A DNA stretch of 64,000 bases, from contig JALMLS010000579.1 in NCBI GenBank assembly GCA_038496445.1, forward strand, positions 62,001-126,000. Reading direction: 5' to 3'. Source of the stretch: Trichosphaerium sp. ATCC 40318. Its lineage: Eukaryota > Protista > Tubulinea. Made by a program: the position numbers and the translations under genes. Below, in pieces: positions 51,825 through 64,000 of the stretch. The first letter of the stretch is position 1. Each line of letters starts with the position of its first letter. Under the pieces are notes generated by a model. It was not told the origin of the DNA. It did not search any database and saw nothing but the letters and a program-made list of their open reading frames with translations.

Positions 51825-54800
51825 TTACATATCATCAAAATCCCATAAACTAGGTAGAACAGCAGTATCAAATTCTAAAGCTTCCTTTTCAATACGAGAA
51901 AACTCAGTCTTAACATGCTCATGCTCTTTACCAAGTTTTGATTGAGTGCTCTCAATAGAGAACATACGTGCTAGACTTGCTTCACTTAATGTATGTATTT
52001 GTTCAACTGTTCGTGTCATTATAGTAGCTTGTCTAAAAAAGAAAGAAAAGCCATTAGCCTCGGTTGACAAGCCAAAAATCCAACAAAAAAAAAAAGAAAA
52101 ATTATATTGAACGGTACTTACGCATTTGCAGAGAGGAAATATGTGCGAACATTACGCATAATATTACCGCAAATCCTTGATTTAATATCTGAGAATATAT
52201 TCTCAGCAAGTGACTTAACATGTGCTGCTCGTTGATCATCTTCAACATCAAGATTAAACCTACAAAAAAAAAGTTAATATGAAACAAACATTCCTTGTTT
52301 CCAATAAAAGCTTTAAACATACCCTTGACGAGAAGACATGCCCCAATATATAGTCTGTGTACCATAAAACTCTTCCAAGCACCTCTCATAACACTGTGTA
52401 AGGGTTGTAGAGAGGTTCTGGCGATAGGACTGCTTCATAAAAGTAATAAAAGTAGGGTATCTCGTCAAGTTCAATTTACGTAATGCAATAGCATGTTGTA
52501 AGCGCTCACGCGTATGGAAAGCCGTATCAGTTACTATTGTGAGACGATAGAGTATCTCAAACGTCCTATCAAGTAATTTTCTTATCAAAGGCACTAATTG
52601 TTCTTCCGCAGACTTTCGCGCACGTTCAGTTGCCTATACAGGTATATAAGCATTGTATTATGTAATAAAAACGGCACGATAAATACATACAGTCCAAACA
52701 ACATCAACAGATCCAGCGTAAACCTCAAAATGCTCATCTTGGAGTGAAGTTTTCTTAGAAACCTTGGCGAACTCGTCTAGTAACCTGACAAGTTGAGCGC
52801 CTCCATAGAGTGGTACATCACCACTAACAACCTCTTCTTCGCGTATATTGATGGTATCCAACCACATAGCTATGTGAAAAGTAAATAGATGTAGACAACT
52901 CTTTGCGATACAATGAAATAACAAAAAACTAGACGTACAATGTTCCCGGTGTTCGTCTGATGTTTTTTGACCATGTAAATCCGGATTGCCTTCAACTGAT
53001 CCTTTCAATAGTCCTTGTATGACTTTAAGGTATGTAGTAGTATACCTCGCTGCGCGAGACCTGTAAAAGAAAAACAATGTAAGCAATATGGACTTTATTT
53101 GTGGACAGAAAAGAAAAGTTTTCATGGCATGTTGTTACCTGACGTTGTCTACAGTCCAAGAAGATGAAAGTGAGTTCAAATTATCCATTTCGCTTTTCAA
53201 CTGCTTTTTCTTTAAAGAAACGGCCAATCTAAGCTCAGGGAGAAAATCTAAAATCAAACAACAGTTAAAAAAAAGAAAACTTTGCAAGTTGAAGTCCATT
53301 CTACGAATGACGTACTCAAAAACTTTTGCCAAGCGAGTCTTAGTATACCCTTACGCAAAGCAAAAGCACCAACACGATCAGTGACACTATAAAATAAAAT
53401 CAGGTTTACATCAAAAAGAAACAACAAAAAAGTCAATAAAATCAAAACTTACTCTGAGCGTGTCAAACCAAGCCATGCCAATTGATGATAATCACGTGAC
53501 ATACACCTCCATATCCAGTTTTGGAATTTATCAGCCTTTCCAGCAAATCTTTGATGTACTGGATTTGGAGGCATAGAAAGCCAAAATGTGTTTTCACAAA
53601 GTTGTAAATCTCGTTCAAAGTGACCGTTGGCATTTTCAATACTCAGGTTCTCGAGGTACATGCCAAATTTTGTGTAAACCATAACACTGCGAGAAAACGT
53701 AGGATCAAGACGTTTAATCCATGCAGCAGCCATAGGAGATACTGTTCCACGCTTCTAAAGAAGTGTAAATATCGAAGAAACAGCAACACTACAACGAAAA
53801 AAAACACAACACTTACCTCATCTGCAAAGATTATTATGCGGTTTGGTTTACAAGCTTCTTTTATAACATACTCAGCTGCTTCGCCTTTTGAAAAAAATAA
53901 GTACTAATAGGTACACTTAACTATTAATCTTTGTACCATGAAGCTGTTCACAAGATGGAGTGTCAATAAGTGTTATATTCATAAGTGCATTTGTTTCGAT
54001 TGTTACATGTGTAGGTTCGATTGATGGCATGTTTAACTCACATAGCTTATCAGGAATATCTTTTAATATAATCTAAATAAAAAGTTATTACTACAAACAG
54101 CGTACTATCGCTCTTTTTTTGTACCTCTTCACCATTAATGAAGTATTTTGCTGTTGTACAGTCACTTCTCGATACAATATTATAAACAATCGGACGTTTA
54201 GTCCCTTGGTGGTCACCTAGCATTAAAATCCATTAAAACTTTAAAATCGGTACAATATTTTCAAATATAAATAAGAATTCCTGCGCACGTGTATTTTGTG
54301 CAATAGAATTTACTGGTTCGCCCAATATAGCCTCGATAATACTTGATTTTCCAGCACCTAAAAAAATGACATTAGTTACAAACTTCGTTTTGGAATCACT
54401 AGGTACCTCGTGGTCCAACAAGTATGATTTCTAGTGTACAATTGTTGTAAATGTTGAGAGAGCGAGAGTATGCCAGTGTCTTATGGTATAGCTGCGAATA
54501 ATAAGGTTAGACAATTGGTGAGAAATATCCAAAGAAACACGTACGTCTAATGGATAATTATGTTTGTTAAGTTTTTGTGCAACTCCATCTTTAGGTAAGA
54601 AGTCTCTATAAGATAGTGTCAGTAAAAGAGCCACCTGTTTCTTGAAATGTACTCCAAAAAAAAAACAAAAAAGAAAATAATGTTACACGCACATGAGTAC
54701 TTCTAATTCACGTTTTTGTAATTGAGTGATTGATTTAGGTGAGGGTTTTTGTGGTTGAGGAGGTGGTGTAGATTCTTTTGATGCTTCAATCGAAGCAGAC

Positions 54801-55647
54801 GGAGACTCAGGATGTAACTTCTTATCTGCTATCTTATGCTTTGAGTTATGACGAGAACTAACTTTTCTATGACTTCTCAAGCTAGTAGAAGTACGAGAAG
54901 ATGCTACAACATCATTGTGTGGTCTAGATTTTCTCAAAGATTTGGAACCTGTGTGATCCATTGATTGTCTTCTACTTTCCCCATGAGAACGTATTTTCCC
55001 ATCAGAATTTGCTCTTTCTGGATCTTCATGTCTAACCTGTTTTTTAAGAGAAAAAGTTAGTGTCAAAACCTTGCTTATATTCCGTTTATGTTAACATACC
55101 CTATGTACTGCAGGAAGATTACCAGTTGTGTTTCCTGTTTGGTTTAGATAAAAAATAAGTACAAAGACAAGCACGCGGTTGAAAATGATTTTGTATACAG
55201 TGTAGTAGTGGTAATTTATAAATGTATTAAATAAAGAGCGCACCTCTTGCGGTTTGAGCCAATCTCGGACTTGGTTTTGGGCTTTTTGATCTAGGGCTCT
55301 TATTACCTGGCGTAATGGCGTTTTTTGCCTGTTTTACGTCAGTAGGTGAAAAATAGCTAAAAAAAAGTCCTAACCGATCCGCCACCACTCAAACTTCGTC
55401 TGCTTTTCTTACTACCTGAGGAGTGGCTTTCTGTGTCCTTGATACGAGTGTCAGGAAAAGAGTTAGCTGATCTGTGTAAGTACCTTACGAGAGTCTTTTG
55501 ACGCGTCGTAAACACCTTTTAAGTTATCAGTTAGTGCGAAAAGGCAAAAATATAAAACGCCGTACTAGGTTCTGAAATAGTTTTACGAGATTTCTTATCG
55601 CGTTTACGCTGAGAACGCTTTCCTTTACTGTCTTGTTTTTTAGACAT
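51825..55647 (-). CDS. Dynamin-like protein of DRP5/Dictyostelium Dlp type with long basic S-rich N-terminus
   Basis: LVGPRG|AGKSS (G1), GTKRP (G2), LIDTPS (G3 variant), LDPTFSRSVMVYTKF (G4 region), LYGGAQLVRLLDEF. Confidence 0.85.
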
Positions 55648-55843
55648 TTTTTAACTGTCGTGGACAATAAAGGGACTACTATACGCGCAAGACAGCTGGG
55701 TTAGATGTTACAAGAATAGCCAAGCGTAGACTTATGTAATTAAGTTTACGCGAAGAAATCTGTCTCACTTTCTGCACCGGCGTTAATCTGTGTGCGTAAC
55801 TTAGCGAGAGTGTTAATGGTTAATTTGGCAGTAAAACATTAGT

Positions 55844-58800
55844 ATGGAAGCTCAAGTTGTTTCCACGTACGGAAATAGGCGTTTTTATGACCCATTCATA
55901 GTTTTTAGACCAAACGCGCGATATTCTAAAGAAGAAAACCCACAATCGCCTGTAACTAGAGATGATGCACAACTAGTGAGGTACAAACAATCAGAATGTA
56001 GTGGCTTTATTAACGGACTGCAAGAAAATCAAGTTCAAAAAAGGGTATCAATCCACCTATCCTTCGAGCGAGTGTACGTACCAAACCAATAGTGTTTTGC
56101 CGCAGCAAATATCTTTTTCTTTTGGGTGCTGTCAATTCGACGCTTCTAAACTATTGTGTCACAAACGGCCACGCTGGCACTCAAGGAAGACATCACGTGT
56201 GACAAAGATTAGGGTGCTTCGTCTAACTCGACTAAAGTCAACAACCTACGCTCTGCATGGGAAGAACGCATTCAAGAAGTAGAAAAGGAAGCAGAGAAAG
56301 CAAATGAACTTTTAGATAGCAAGACAGCGGCAGCTGTAAGACGTAACTTGTCAAAAACATTTTCAAGAAAGAACTCCTCAAGAACAGATACCTCATCAAC
56401 ACAAGAAGATAAACGAAAGAACTCTTCAAGAACAGATACCTCATCAACACAAGAAGATAAGCAAGAAGAAGAAGAGCAAAAAAGTACAACATTGCCAGTA
56501 CCAGTAGCTTCCATAGTGCAACGAAAATCTTCCTTGAAGCCTAATACTTTGAATAAATCAGTATCGCCAATAGGACGAAAGAAGAAGCCTATGATTCCTC
56601 CTATTGAAACGCCTGTACCCAAGCAAAACATGACAATGCTCAGCCCACGTAATGTAGTAAGAAAGTTCATTTTTTTTTTCGTTTATGTACACTAATGGAA
56701 TTTTAAGGCTTCAGAACAGGCGTCTTCTAGAGATGCTTACGCATACGTATGGAATGATGCATATCAGAGCCTTATGGATAGGCCAGGAGAGTCTAGAGTC
56801 AAGACACAAAAACTGAGCGCTCTTACAGCAGATTTTGTGCAGGTATATAGTTATCTTTTGACCTATTTTACTTTTGTTGTTTGTTTTCTTACTGTTTGTC
56901 TTTTAGGAAGCTAAAGTATATGGCAAGATAGTAATTGCAGAAAGGTTTCTGCCTGAAGATAAACAAACAATTCAAGCAAACTCAGAGGGCATGGTAAACG
57001 TCCTTTCTTATTTTTTTCTGTTTAAAGTCAACGGATAGTCAGAAACTTATCGATCTATCTAGTACATTGTAAATAACATTGAGTTCTGTTTTGCAACAGA
57101 TTCACAACTTGAAGAAGGTCAATGGTTCTATGGAGGCGATGAACCTAATCACGAGTATGCCATGAAGGTGGCAGGTCACAAATTTAGATGTACGACTTTT
57201 TTTTTGTTTTATTTTTATTAACTCTTTTTACTTACAGCCAATGATCACTTGGTATGTGCTAGAGTTCCAGGATTATCTTTCCCACTTCTTGCATTAGTAG
57301 ATTATAAAGGTGAGCTGTCACATGGTTAAAAAGATTGCTTACTGTAATCGCAAAGGGTACAGAGTTGTTGCTTGCCTTCGTGTACCAATCTCAATAGGAT
57401 CCCAATTGTGCGTAAATTATTGTAATCTGATATTATCACATGATCTAAGTAATTGTAGACGTGGATTTTCTGAAGGTTTTATGGTATTAAATAGTAACCG
57501 TGATGTTAAAAAGAAAATGGAAAAAATTGGTACTACCATTTTGTTTAAACTTTTGATTGAAACTCCTTTTGCTTATTATCTACATCAGGCAAGCAATTAA
57601 ATTTGGCTAAGCATAACCTTGTTCGTGGTCATGAACCTATCATTGGACCCGCTGATATGCGGTACGTTGAATAGAGAACAAAATATAAAAACTCCAAGCT
57701 TACTTTAGAACAGAATTTACAAAGGCCCTGATGCTCGTGTATATATAGTTGGCTCTGCGAGATTATGCCCTCCAGAAGCTAATGAGAAACGATTAGAACA
57801 AGAACCAGTGTCTATGTTGACATACTTGCTCCGTCCAGAGTATGTCTGATGAGGTGTAAACTGAGGTTTTTCTTATAGTTTGTTTAGACTCGTTAAAATG
57901 AGTACTACATATGACAAAGATGGTGTAGCAATACCTTGTCCATTGTCTTCTGATGCATATTCAATACGAAAGGATAATGCAACAAAAGAAATGGACGAAC
58001 ATAACCAGAATGTATCGAAAGTAAGAGCAGTGATTTTTTCTTTTTAGATTGAAATTATTTATTTTGAGAGTTTTTCTAATGTATTTAGCTTACACAATAT
58101 TTATACAACGAGGCAATACCTCAATTTAGTAAAGAGGTATCACAGTATGATATAAAGAAAGTATCTTTTACCAGTATTACTAGTACGTCTCTGCTTTCTT
58201 CTTTTTTTTTTATGGACATCGTTTCTAATATTTCTTATAGCCTACTTGCATACTGCAGGTATAAATATACGTCATCTAGGGCGTGTGCGTTCCAATGTTG
58301 TTAATAAGGGTATTTCTGATATGCTTTTATCACTCATGTGCGCTCGTATAGTAAAACAGATTCTCCAAGCCGGTTTACGACAACGTGCAGAAAGCTTAGG
58401 TTCGTATCAATTATTTGCTAAGTATCTCATTTCTTACACATCTCTCAGAACAAATACTTGTTGCTAGTGATGAATATGTTACAAGTCATGCATCTGATAC
58501 AGGTGCAAAGACTTGGATGGTCGGCGCTTTAAACATCATATCATCGCCTTCAAGCCACAAGTCTTTTTGGTGTAAGAAAGTCAAGAATGCTCTTGTAGCT
58601 AAGTTTGGTATGGGTTATTTTGGTATAAAGTACCTTATTCTTATGTATTATATTAAAGGTATTATGGCATTATCTGAGGAGGAGAAAACAGATAATTATG
58701 ATTTAAGTGATTCTGTCAAAAACTTTAAGTTAATGAGCGTTAAGTTCATTTGTAAGTATTGTGGTATAAATTTGAAGCAAGTTGTATGGAAGGAGTTTAA

Positions 58801-59948
58801 ACAATCTATAAAATCAGACAACTCCTTCAACTTTGTTTTCCAAGATATAGAAGGTACGTGATCCAACTTTTAGTCCCAAAAATGATAAAAGATATCCAAG
58901 TTGATTGCTCATTATGTGCTTCTTTCCATTGGATTTTTTCTCTTTTTTTTAATCATGGCGCGTAGATATTGTAGCAAGAGTTAAGAGTAGTTATCCTGCT
59001 CAATTTTTTGGAGGTGTTCATACATTTACTGATGCTATTAAGCAAGTACGAAAACGAGATACAGTAATGATAGTTGAATTGTTTATTTATTGGGTTTAGA
59101 ACGCACAACATCGTGAACAAAGGCGTATGCGTGCAGCTATTACACAGCTTCATTTAGCTCATATACAGGTAACAAGTGATGTCCGTGTTTGGTATTACTT
59201 GGGGATAGCAAATTACGAGGTAGCGGAACATTCATCAAACAACTTTCCTTTTTCTTGCACTGTTTTGTTTTTTTTTTTGATTCTGGTTGTATGTTGATAT
59301 TTACAATTTCTTTGATTTGTCAGAGTATTTTCTCTCCGTAAATTTTATATGAAATTTATAATTTTAAAGCACGTGATCAACAGTTTTGGTAATTTTTTTT
59401 TGATAGCTTGGTTTGATTTGTGGAGATTTGAAGCCAACTCATTTTGCTTTGGCCCATGCGCATCTTGCACGTTATACAAATACAGTAGCACTTACACCAG
59501 AGATTGCTATAAGACTAGTAGGTTGTAACTTTTTCTTTGCAGCACTTGGTACGCAAACTAAATTTTTTTTGTTTTTGTTTTTTGTTCTAACGTTTTTAGG
59601 TGCTGGTGGAAAGGCCGAAATCGATATTGGCAACAAGTATTATACTAGGATTAACCAAAGGTATCCTGATGTTGCTACGTCTATTGTTGGACATGTTTAT
59701 AAGTTCTTGGCTGTTGCTATATCCAAAAAAGGAGGTAAACATGATGCTAACATGTCCAAGATTGAAGGTACAATTTTTTTTCGGCTGTGTTATTGCATCT
59801 CCTCGATGGAGGCTTACTTTAATGAACTCACGTTTACTTTTTAGCATTTGTTGATAATTTTACACGTATATGGGAGGAAATAAAACTCCCAAAGAGTACA
59901 CTAGCAGAATGGAAGAAGAGAGATTTCAAGTTAAAATCAAACAAATAA
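55844..59948 (+). CDS. Clu (clustered mitochondria) domain protein with TPR-like C-terminus
   Basis: WNDAYQ, DFVQ|EAKVYGKIVIAE, AMKVAGH, PLLALVDYK|GYRV, LLRPE|LV, PLSSDA, LHTAGINIRHLGRVR. Confidence 0.88.
56366..56461 (+). repeat. 48-bp in-frame tandem duplication (RKNSSRTDTSSTQEDK x2)
   Basis: Two near-identical 48-nt copies that differ only at synonymous sites. Confidence 0.95.
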
Positions 59949-60158
59949 ACATTTAATTAAAACATACATGTCACTTTTTTGTCGTTACAGGTACTATTTT
60001 CGTGCCTAACTTTGAGGTACATAGCAAAACTACGATGGACTTAGTGATATTCTTTATAACTCACACTAGCAACTGAAGGCTTCAAGGGGTTTGTTCAACG
60101 AACGAAAACTGAAATTGTTTGACAAAAAAAACCTTTCATTGCAGTCAACGAGCTAGGC

Positions 60159-61184
60159 ATGATAACAAGACCATACACCCTTGGGCATCGAGGTGCCAGA
60201 GCACTGGAACCAGGTTCTTCACTTATAACTCAACGGTTCTTACTTTGATAGAGAATACGCTATTATCTTTTCGTACAGGTTTGTCGTTAGGTGTGGATAG
60301 GTATGAAGCTAGTTTTATGATCAAATACAGAAGTAGTTAACCGTTTTAAAGAGTTGAGTGCGATGTACATAAAACAAAGGATGGACAAGTAGTACGCGTT
60401 TTATATTGATTTTTACGCCTTATACTCGCTTTCGGTGGTTATTCATGATGATACATTGGATAGAACTACAAACGGCTCAGGACGCGTCAGTGATCATACT
60501 ATGGCACAACTGAGCGGTTTAGACGCTGGAAAAGGAGAAAAAATTCCTACTCTTCGACAGGTTCTTTTCAAACTCCTTTATGCCAATAATTAATCTTCAA
60601 ATAGCTTCTAGGCGTTGTTAAAGAGTATGGCAAAATACTTCACATTGAGTTAAAAGGTTTGACATTCTCAGACGCTTAAATCGCTTAATAATACTATTAA
60701 TAAGGTGATAACGTTACTGATGATGCAGTTCGTATTGTTAAAGAAGAAAACATGGAATCATTAGTCTTGTTCATCGCTTTTGACATTTCGAAATTAGTTC
60801 GTGTCAAAAAGATTGATCCAAACTTAAAAACTGGAGGACTCTTTTCGCATTGTAGTGATTCTATTGTTTCACAAGCAATCAAAGCGAATGTTGATGAAGT
60901 TGGTGTATTCTTTTTTAAGCTTAGGAAGAACCCAAAGCTTGTTGGTGCTTGTCATGATGCAAAGTTAAAAATCCATTGTTTCAACCCTGATACAAAAAAA
61001 GATATTTTGGAAATGAATAAGCTTGGTGTTGATGGCACGTGACAAGTTCAAAAGAAAAAAAAACCAACCACCGTCAAACTTGGTTGCTGTTTTCCATCCT
61101 TAATTATTATTAATCCCTCTCTCAGGTATGGGAACGAATAGACCTGATATTCTTGTACAAACCCTCAAACAATACAAAGAATAA
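60159..61184 (+). CDS. Glycerophosphodiester phosphodiesterase (UgpQ/GlpQ-like)
   Basis: GHRG..PENT, VECDV..TKDG.V|[26 protein letters not shown]|GMGTNRP. Confidence 0.93.
60392..60434 (+). other. Apparent GT-CG intron (43 nt)
   Basis: CAA GTA|GTACGC...CTTTCG|GTG GTT ATT CAT GAT. There is no AG before the catalytic HD, and intron retention gives TGA. Confidence 0.6.
61035..61125 (+). other. GC-AG intron
   Basis: GAT G|GCACGT...CTCAG|GT ATG GGA ACG AAT restores the conserved VDG..TN.P. Confidence 0.8.
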
Positions 61185-62047
61185 GTTCAGTGACAATGAC
61201 GAAGGTACAACCGCTGGAGGACGAACAAAGCGTTTCTTACGTAGAACATACTTACAAAGTAAACAACACAAAGAGAATCAGTAATACAATTTTATTTTCA
61301 ATTAGATACAATGCTGGATAAAGTCACATGAAGCTTTTATCTCTTGTTCTCATTGTAGCCAATCGTGGAAGTCATTTTTAGACTTTGGTATTATTTTTTA
61401 GTCCATTTCAACCCTTGTAATGAGTCATGTCGACCTTGTGAAGTTGTCAGTGGAAAGAAAGTCGTTGTAATATTTTAGGTTTTAATTAAAATGTAAATGT
61501 TGGACTACACGTTCTGGATTGCGCGGTACACACACGTCGAGATTCCATTCGCTTACACAAGCTGCAGGGCAACGTGCTACCTTGATACGCCCAGTGAACA
61601 CGCAAGTCGCTTGGTATTTGGCAGCAAGGGTTGGTTAAACGATTTAGAACTCGTTTTCCCGGATTGTTAATGCGCCAGTTGAGAAAATGAGGAACACTAA
61701 GGGTAATGTACGTACATATTAATCTGGGACTATACACGTATCGCAGTTGTACTTTAACGCCTAAAGGGCGTTCTTGGGTATTTCGCGCTTTCTGCTGATT
61801 ATGCCCTTGACATTTTTAGTTGCTTTCGTATGTTCTCTGCCTTTTGTAGCCAGAGCTTGATGCTTAGGTTGTTACAACAGGCATCTACTGGTGGCATCGC
61901 CAATGGTTGTTATACAGTAGCTCTCTAGCACAGTTTTTTGACTGGTACAAGGTGCGTCTCATGTTTTTGTATGATTTTTTGAACTAGTAACTTAAAGTAG
62001 AGATTGTTAAGTACGTTGCGGTAGCTTTGCCATTGCAATACAACGAA

Positions 62048-63415
62048 ATGGAACCACTAGGGACAATGCAAGGTACTGGCGCACTATTATGTCTTGGCGT
62101 TCCGTTGGGTTCGACTTTTGGAATTGATATGCGTGAATACACTGTAGGCCCTCTATTTAAGGGTGTCAAACTCATTCCACCAGGTCCTCACCTTGTTTTT
62201 TACAAGTACGTACCAAACTCATATTAGCTAACGCAACATACTAATTACGCGTAGTTTAAAGGACCAGAACGATAATATACGTTCTAGACTATGTTTCTTT
62301 TTAAATGTCAAGCCAAACGAGGTAAGTGTCAAAAATAGGTGGAAACACGTTTAAAATTAATCCTCCTTTGATTGTAGAATGTTTTCTCAGGAATTGTAGG
62401 TGTTTGTAAAAAAATGGGACCCACAGTTAGAAGACTTTGCTGATAGCATGGACAGCGATGAAACTGATAGATATATTCAAGGTGTAAGGAACTACGACTT
62501 TGATAAGAATCTTGGAGCTTATCCGAAAGAATGTTCTGTTAAATGGAAAGGATTGTCTCAGTACCTCTCTGGACATATTGTAGATAAGCTCAACCCTGTC
62601 AAACAGAAGCTAGCCGGTGTTAGCAAGCCGTTGACAATGCAAGAGGCTCAAACTGCTGGTGTTAATCTTACAGTACCACAAAATAGTAATCAATCGAATA
62701 GTTCTTATTCTAGGAGACCTTTTTATACTGTTATTCCAAAATCTAAAAAAGTTAAACCTGGTACATCAATACAAGATTTGACACGTTGGAATAGAGATAA
62801 ATCATTTATTTTGTATGACTTAATTAGAGAAGAGTTTAACGGAGGTATGTATCGTTTGTATTATGTTCTATGCGTTCTTTGTTAATTGTATATGCTTATA
62901 CAATATTTTTAGATCCTATGGGTATCATTGGAGAATTGCAATACGCGTTTATAACATTTTTTTTGGGAGAAGACTTTGAAGGATTTGAACAATGGCGTAA
63001 AATATTTGTTCTTCTTTGTAATTGTGATGAGGCTCTATCACGTTATCCTCAATTATTCGTGGCATTTATAACAGCTTGTATACCACAGTTAAAGCAAGTA
63101 CCAGAAGAATTTTTCACTGACATTGTAACTGGTGAGAACTTTCTGTTTTATTCACTACAGGCACGTCTTTTTTCTTCATAATTTTTTTTTCCTGTTGTTT
63201 TAAAGTTGGGACCGTTATCACGTGATACATTGCGTAAGTTATGCTTATACTTTCGTGTGTAGGGTTTCTTTGAACTTCTAGACGACGATTCATTGGCTGG
63301 AGAACTTAGAAAGCTAGCGCACAAATTCAAAGTCTTCGTTCAACAAAAGTTTAAATTTCAGTTTTCTGATATGGACACAGATGAGATGCCCATTGTAGTA
63401 GAGACCAATATGTAA
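62048..63415 (+). CDS. AAR2: AAR2 U5 snRNP assembly factor
   Basis: FGIDM..VGPLFKGVKLIPPGPH, FDKNLGAYP, IIGELQYAFITFFLG..GFEQW, PEEFFTDIV..NFL. Confidence 0.95.
63161..63262 (+). other. GC-AG intron
   Basis: CTA CAG|GCACGT...GTGTAG|GGT TTC TTT GAA keeps the AAR2 C-terminus in frame. Confidence 0.8.
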
Positions 63416-63583
63416 AAAAAGAAACAAAGAACTTAGTGAACACCGATAGCGTTTTGAAAAATAAAAATGTTGTTTGAGGAGAACAGTTAGGAAAAGCTCA
63501 AAAAGGCCTTTACGGAATAATTATTTTGGTCCAAACAAGTCATTTTTCGGATTTACAGCTGAACAGACTCTGAGTTACTGAGT

Positions 63584-64000
63584 ATGGCACAGCCACCACC
63601 AGGATGGCCACCAGGCTATAGACACACAAACCCGAACTATCAGAGAAACCCTAATCAACAGCAATACCAACAAAATGTTCCACCACAGCAACAGGGTTAT
63701 AATACGGCTCCTGTACCTTACGCAAGACCAGTTCAGCGCCAACAACAGCGTAGTAACAGCCCGTTATCAGCTACAAATCCTTTTGCGCGCCCACCAGTCC
63801 AACAACATAACCAACACGTATGATTTGTGCTTTCGCTAAAGGAAATAACAAGTTAATAAATAGATACCTATGGCAAGGCCCCATACGGCTCCTGCACCTC
63901 AACAAGGGACAAACCCATTTCGTAGAGCGCCTGCGGTACCTGTACGCATAAAAATTAAATTTACAAAGTTAACCACTACAAGAATACGCAACCAGTGCAG
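63584..64000 (+). CDS. 5' part of a P/Q-rich protein with NPF motifs (truncated by window end)
   Basis: MAQPPPGWPPGY...TNPF..|..TNPFRR with GT-AG introns. NPF suggests binding to EH domains. Confidence 0.65.

Noticed and set aside
51776-51827. In-frame coding-like VGWKEIEERVDQMKL after the dynamin TAA, suggesting readthrough or stop reassignment
   Set aside because: It is short and unsupported. Conserved genes show no internal stops, and all three stop codons terminate genes.
61486-61960. Minus-strand ORF and intron-like signals in the 0.8-kb gap before AAR2
   Set aside because: No credible spliced protein or recognisable RNA motif.
1-64000. U12-type introns, tRNA/rRNA, CRISPR arrays, transposases
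   Set aside because: No [G/A]TATCCTT donors at the junctions I traced, and no cloverleaf, repeat-spacer array or transposase motif seen by eye. A tRNAscan/Infernal run would be needed to exclude small RNAs.

Overview
Gene-dense, AT-rich eukaryotic nuclear DNA with about 28 intron-rich protein genes and two pseudogene remnants. Most introns are short GT-AG; the dominant donor is GTACG[T/C] and AAG acceptors are frequent. The genetic code is standard (TAA, TAG and TGA all end genes). A Dictyostelium-type STAT, a Dlp/DRP5-type dynamin, a Clu-domain protein and a peptidase-S74 protein point to an amoebozoan (inference). Gene models were spliced and translated by hand, so exon boundaries are unverified. 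Housekeeping genes include SDHA, MMAB, DDX24/MAK5, AAR2, a NUP42-like gene, a P450, a GDPD, a TBC RabGAP, a Nudix hydrolase and F-box proteins. No rRNA, tRNA, CRISPR array or intact transposon was seen. Main leads: (1) one protein that stacks three DNA-modification-sensing modules (ASH2L/Polycomb-like Zn finger plus winged helix, CDCA7-type zf-4CXXC_R1, and RAMA); (2) longer introns filled with unrelated nested inverted repeats, suggesting structure-based intron compaction; (3) a STAT lacking both the SH2 arginine and the phospho-acceptor tyrosine; (4) an ALKBH5-like probable pseudo-demethylase; (5) an apparent GT-CG intron plus three GC-AG introns; (6) a MYRF-like self-cleaving protein with a non-Ndt80 N-terminal domain; (7) a dispersed F-box-like/MORN2 family including a decaying copy.
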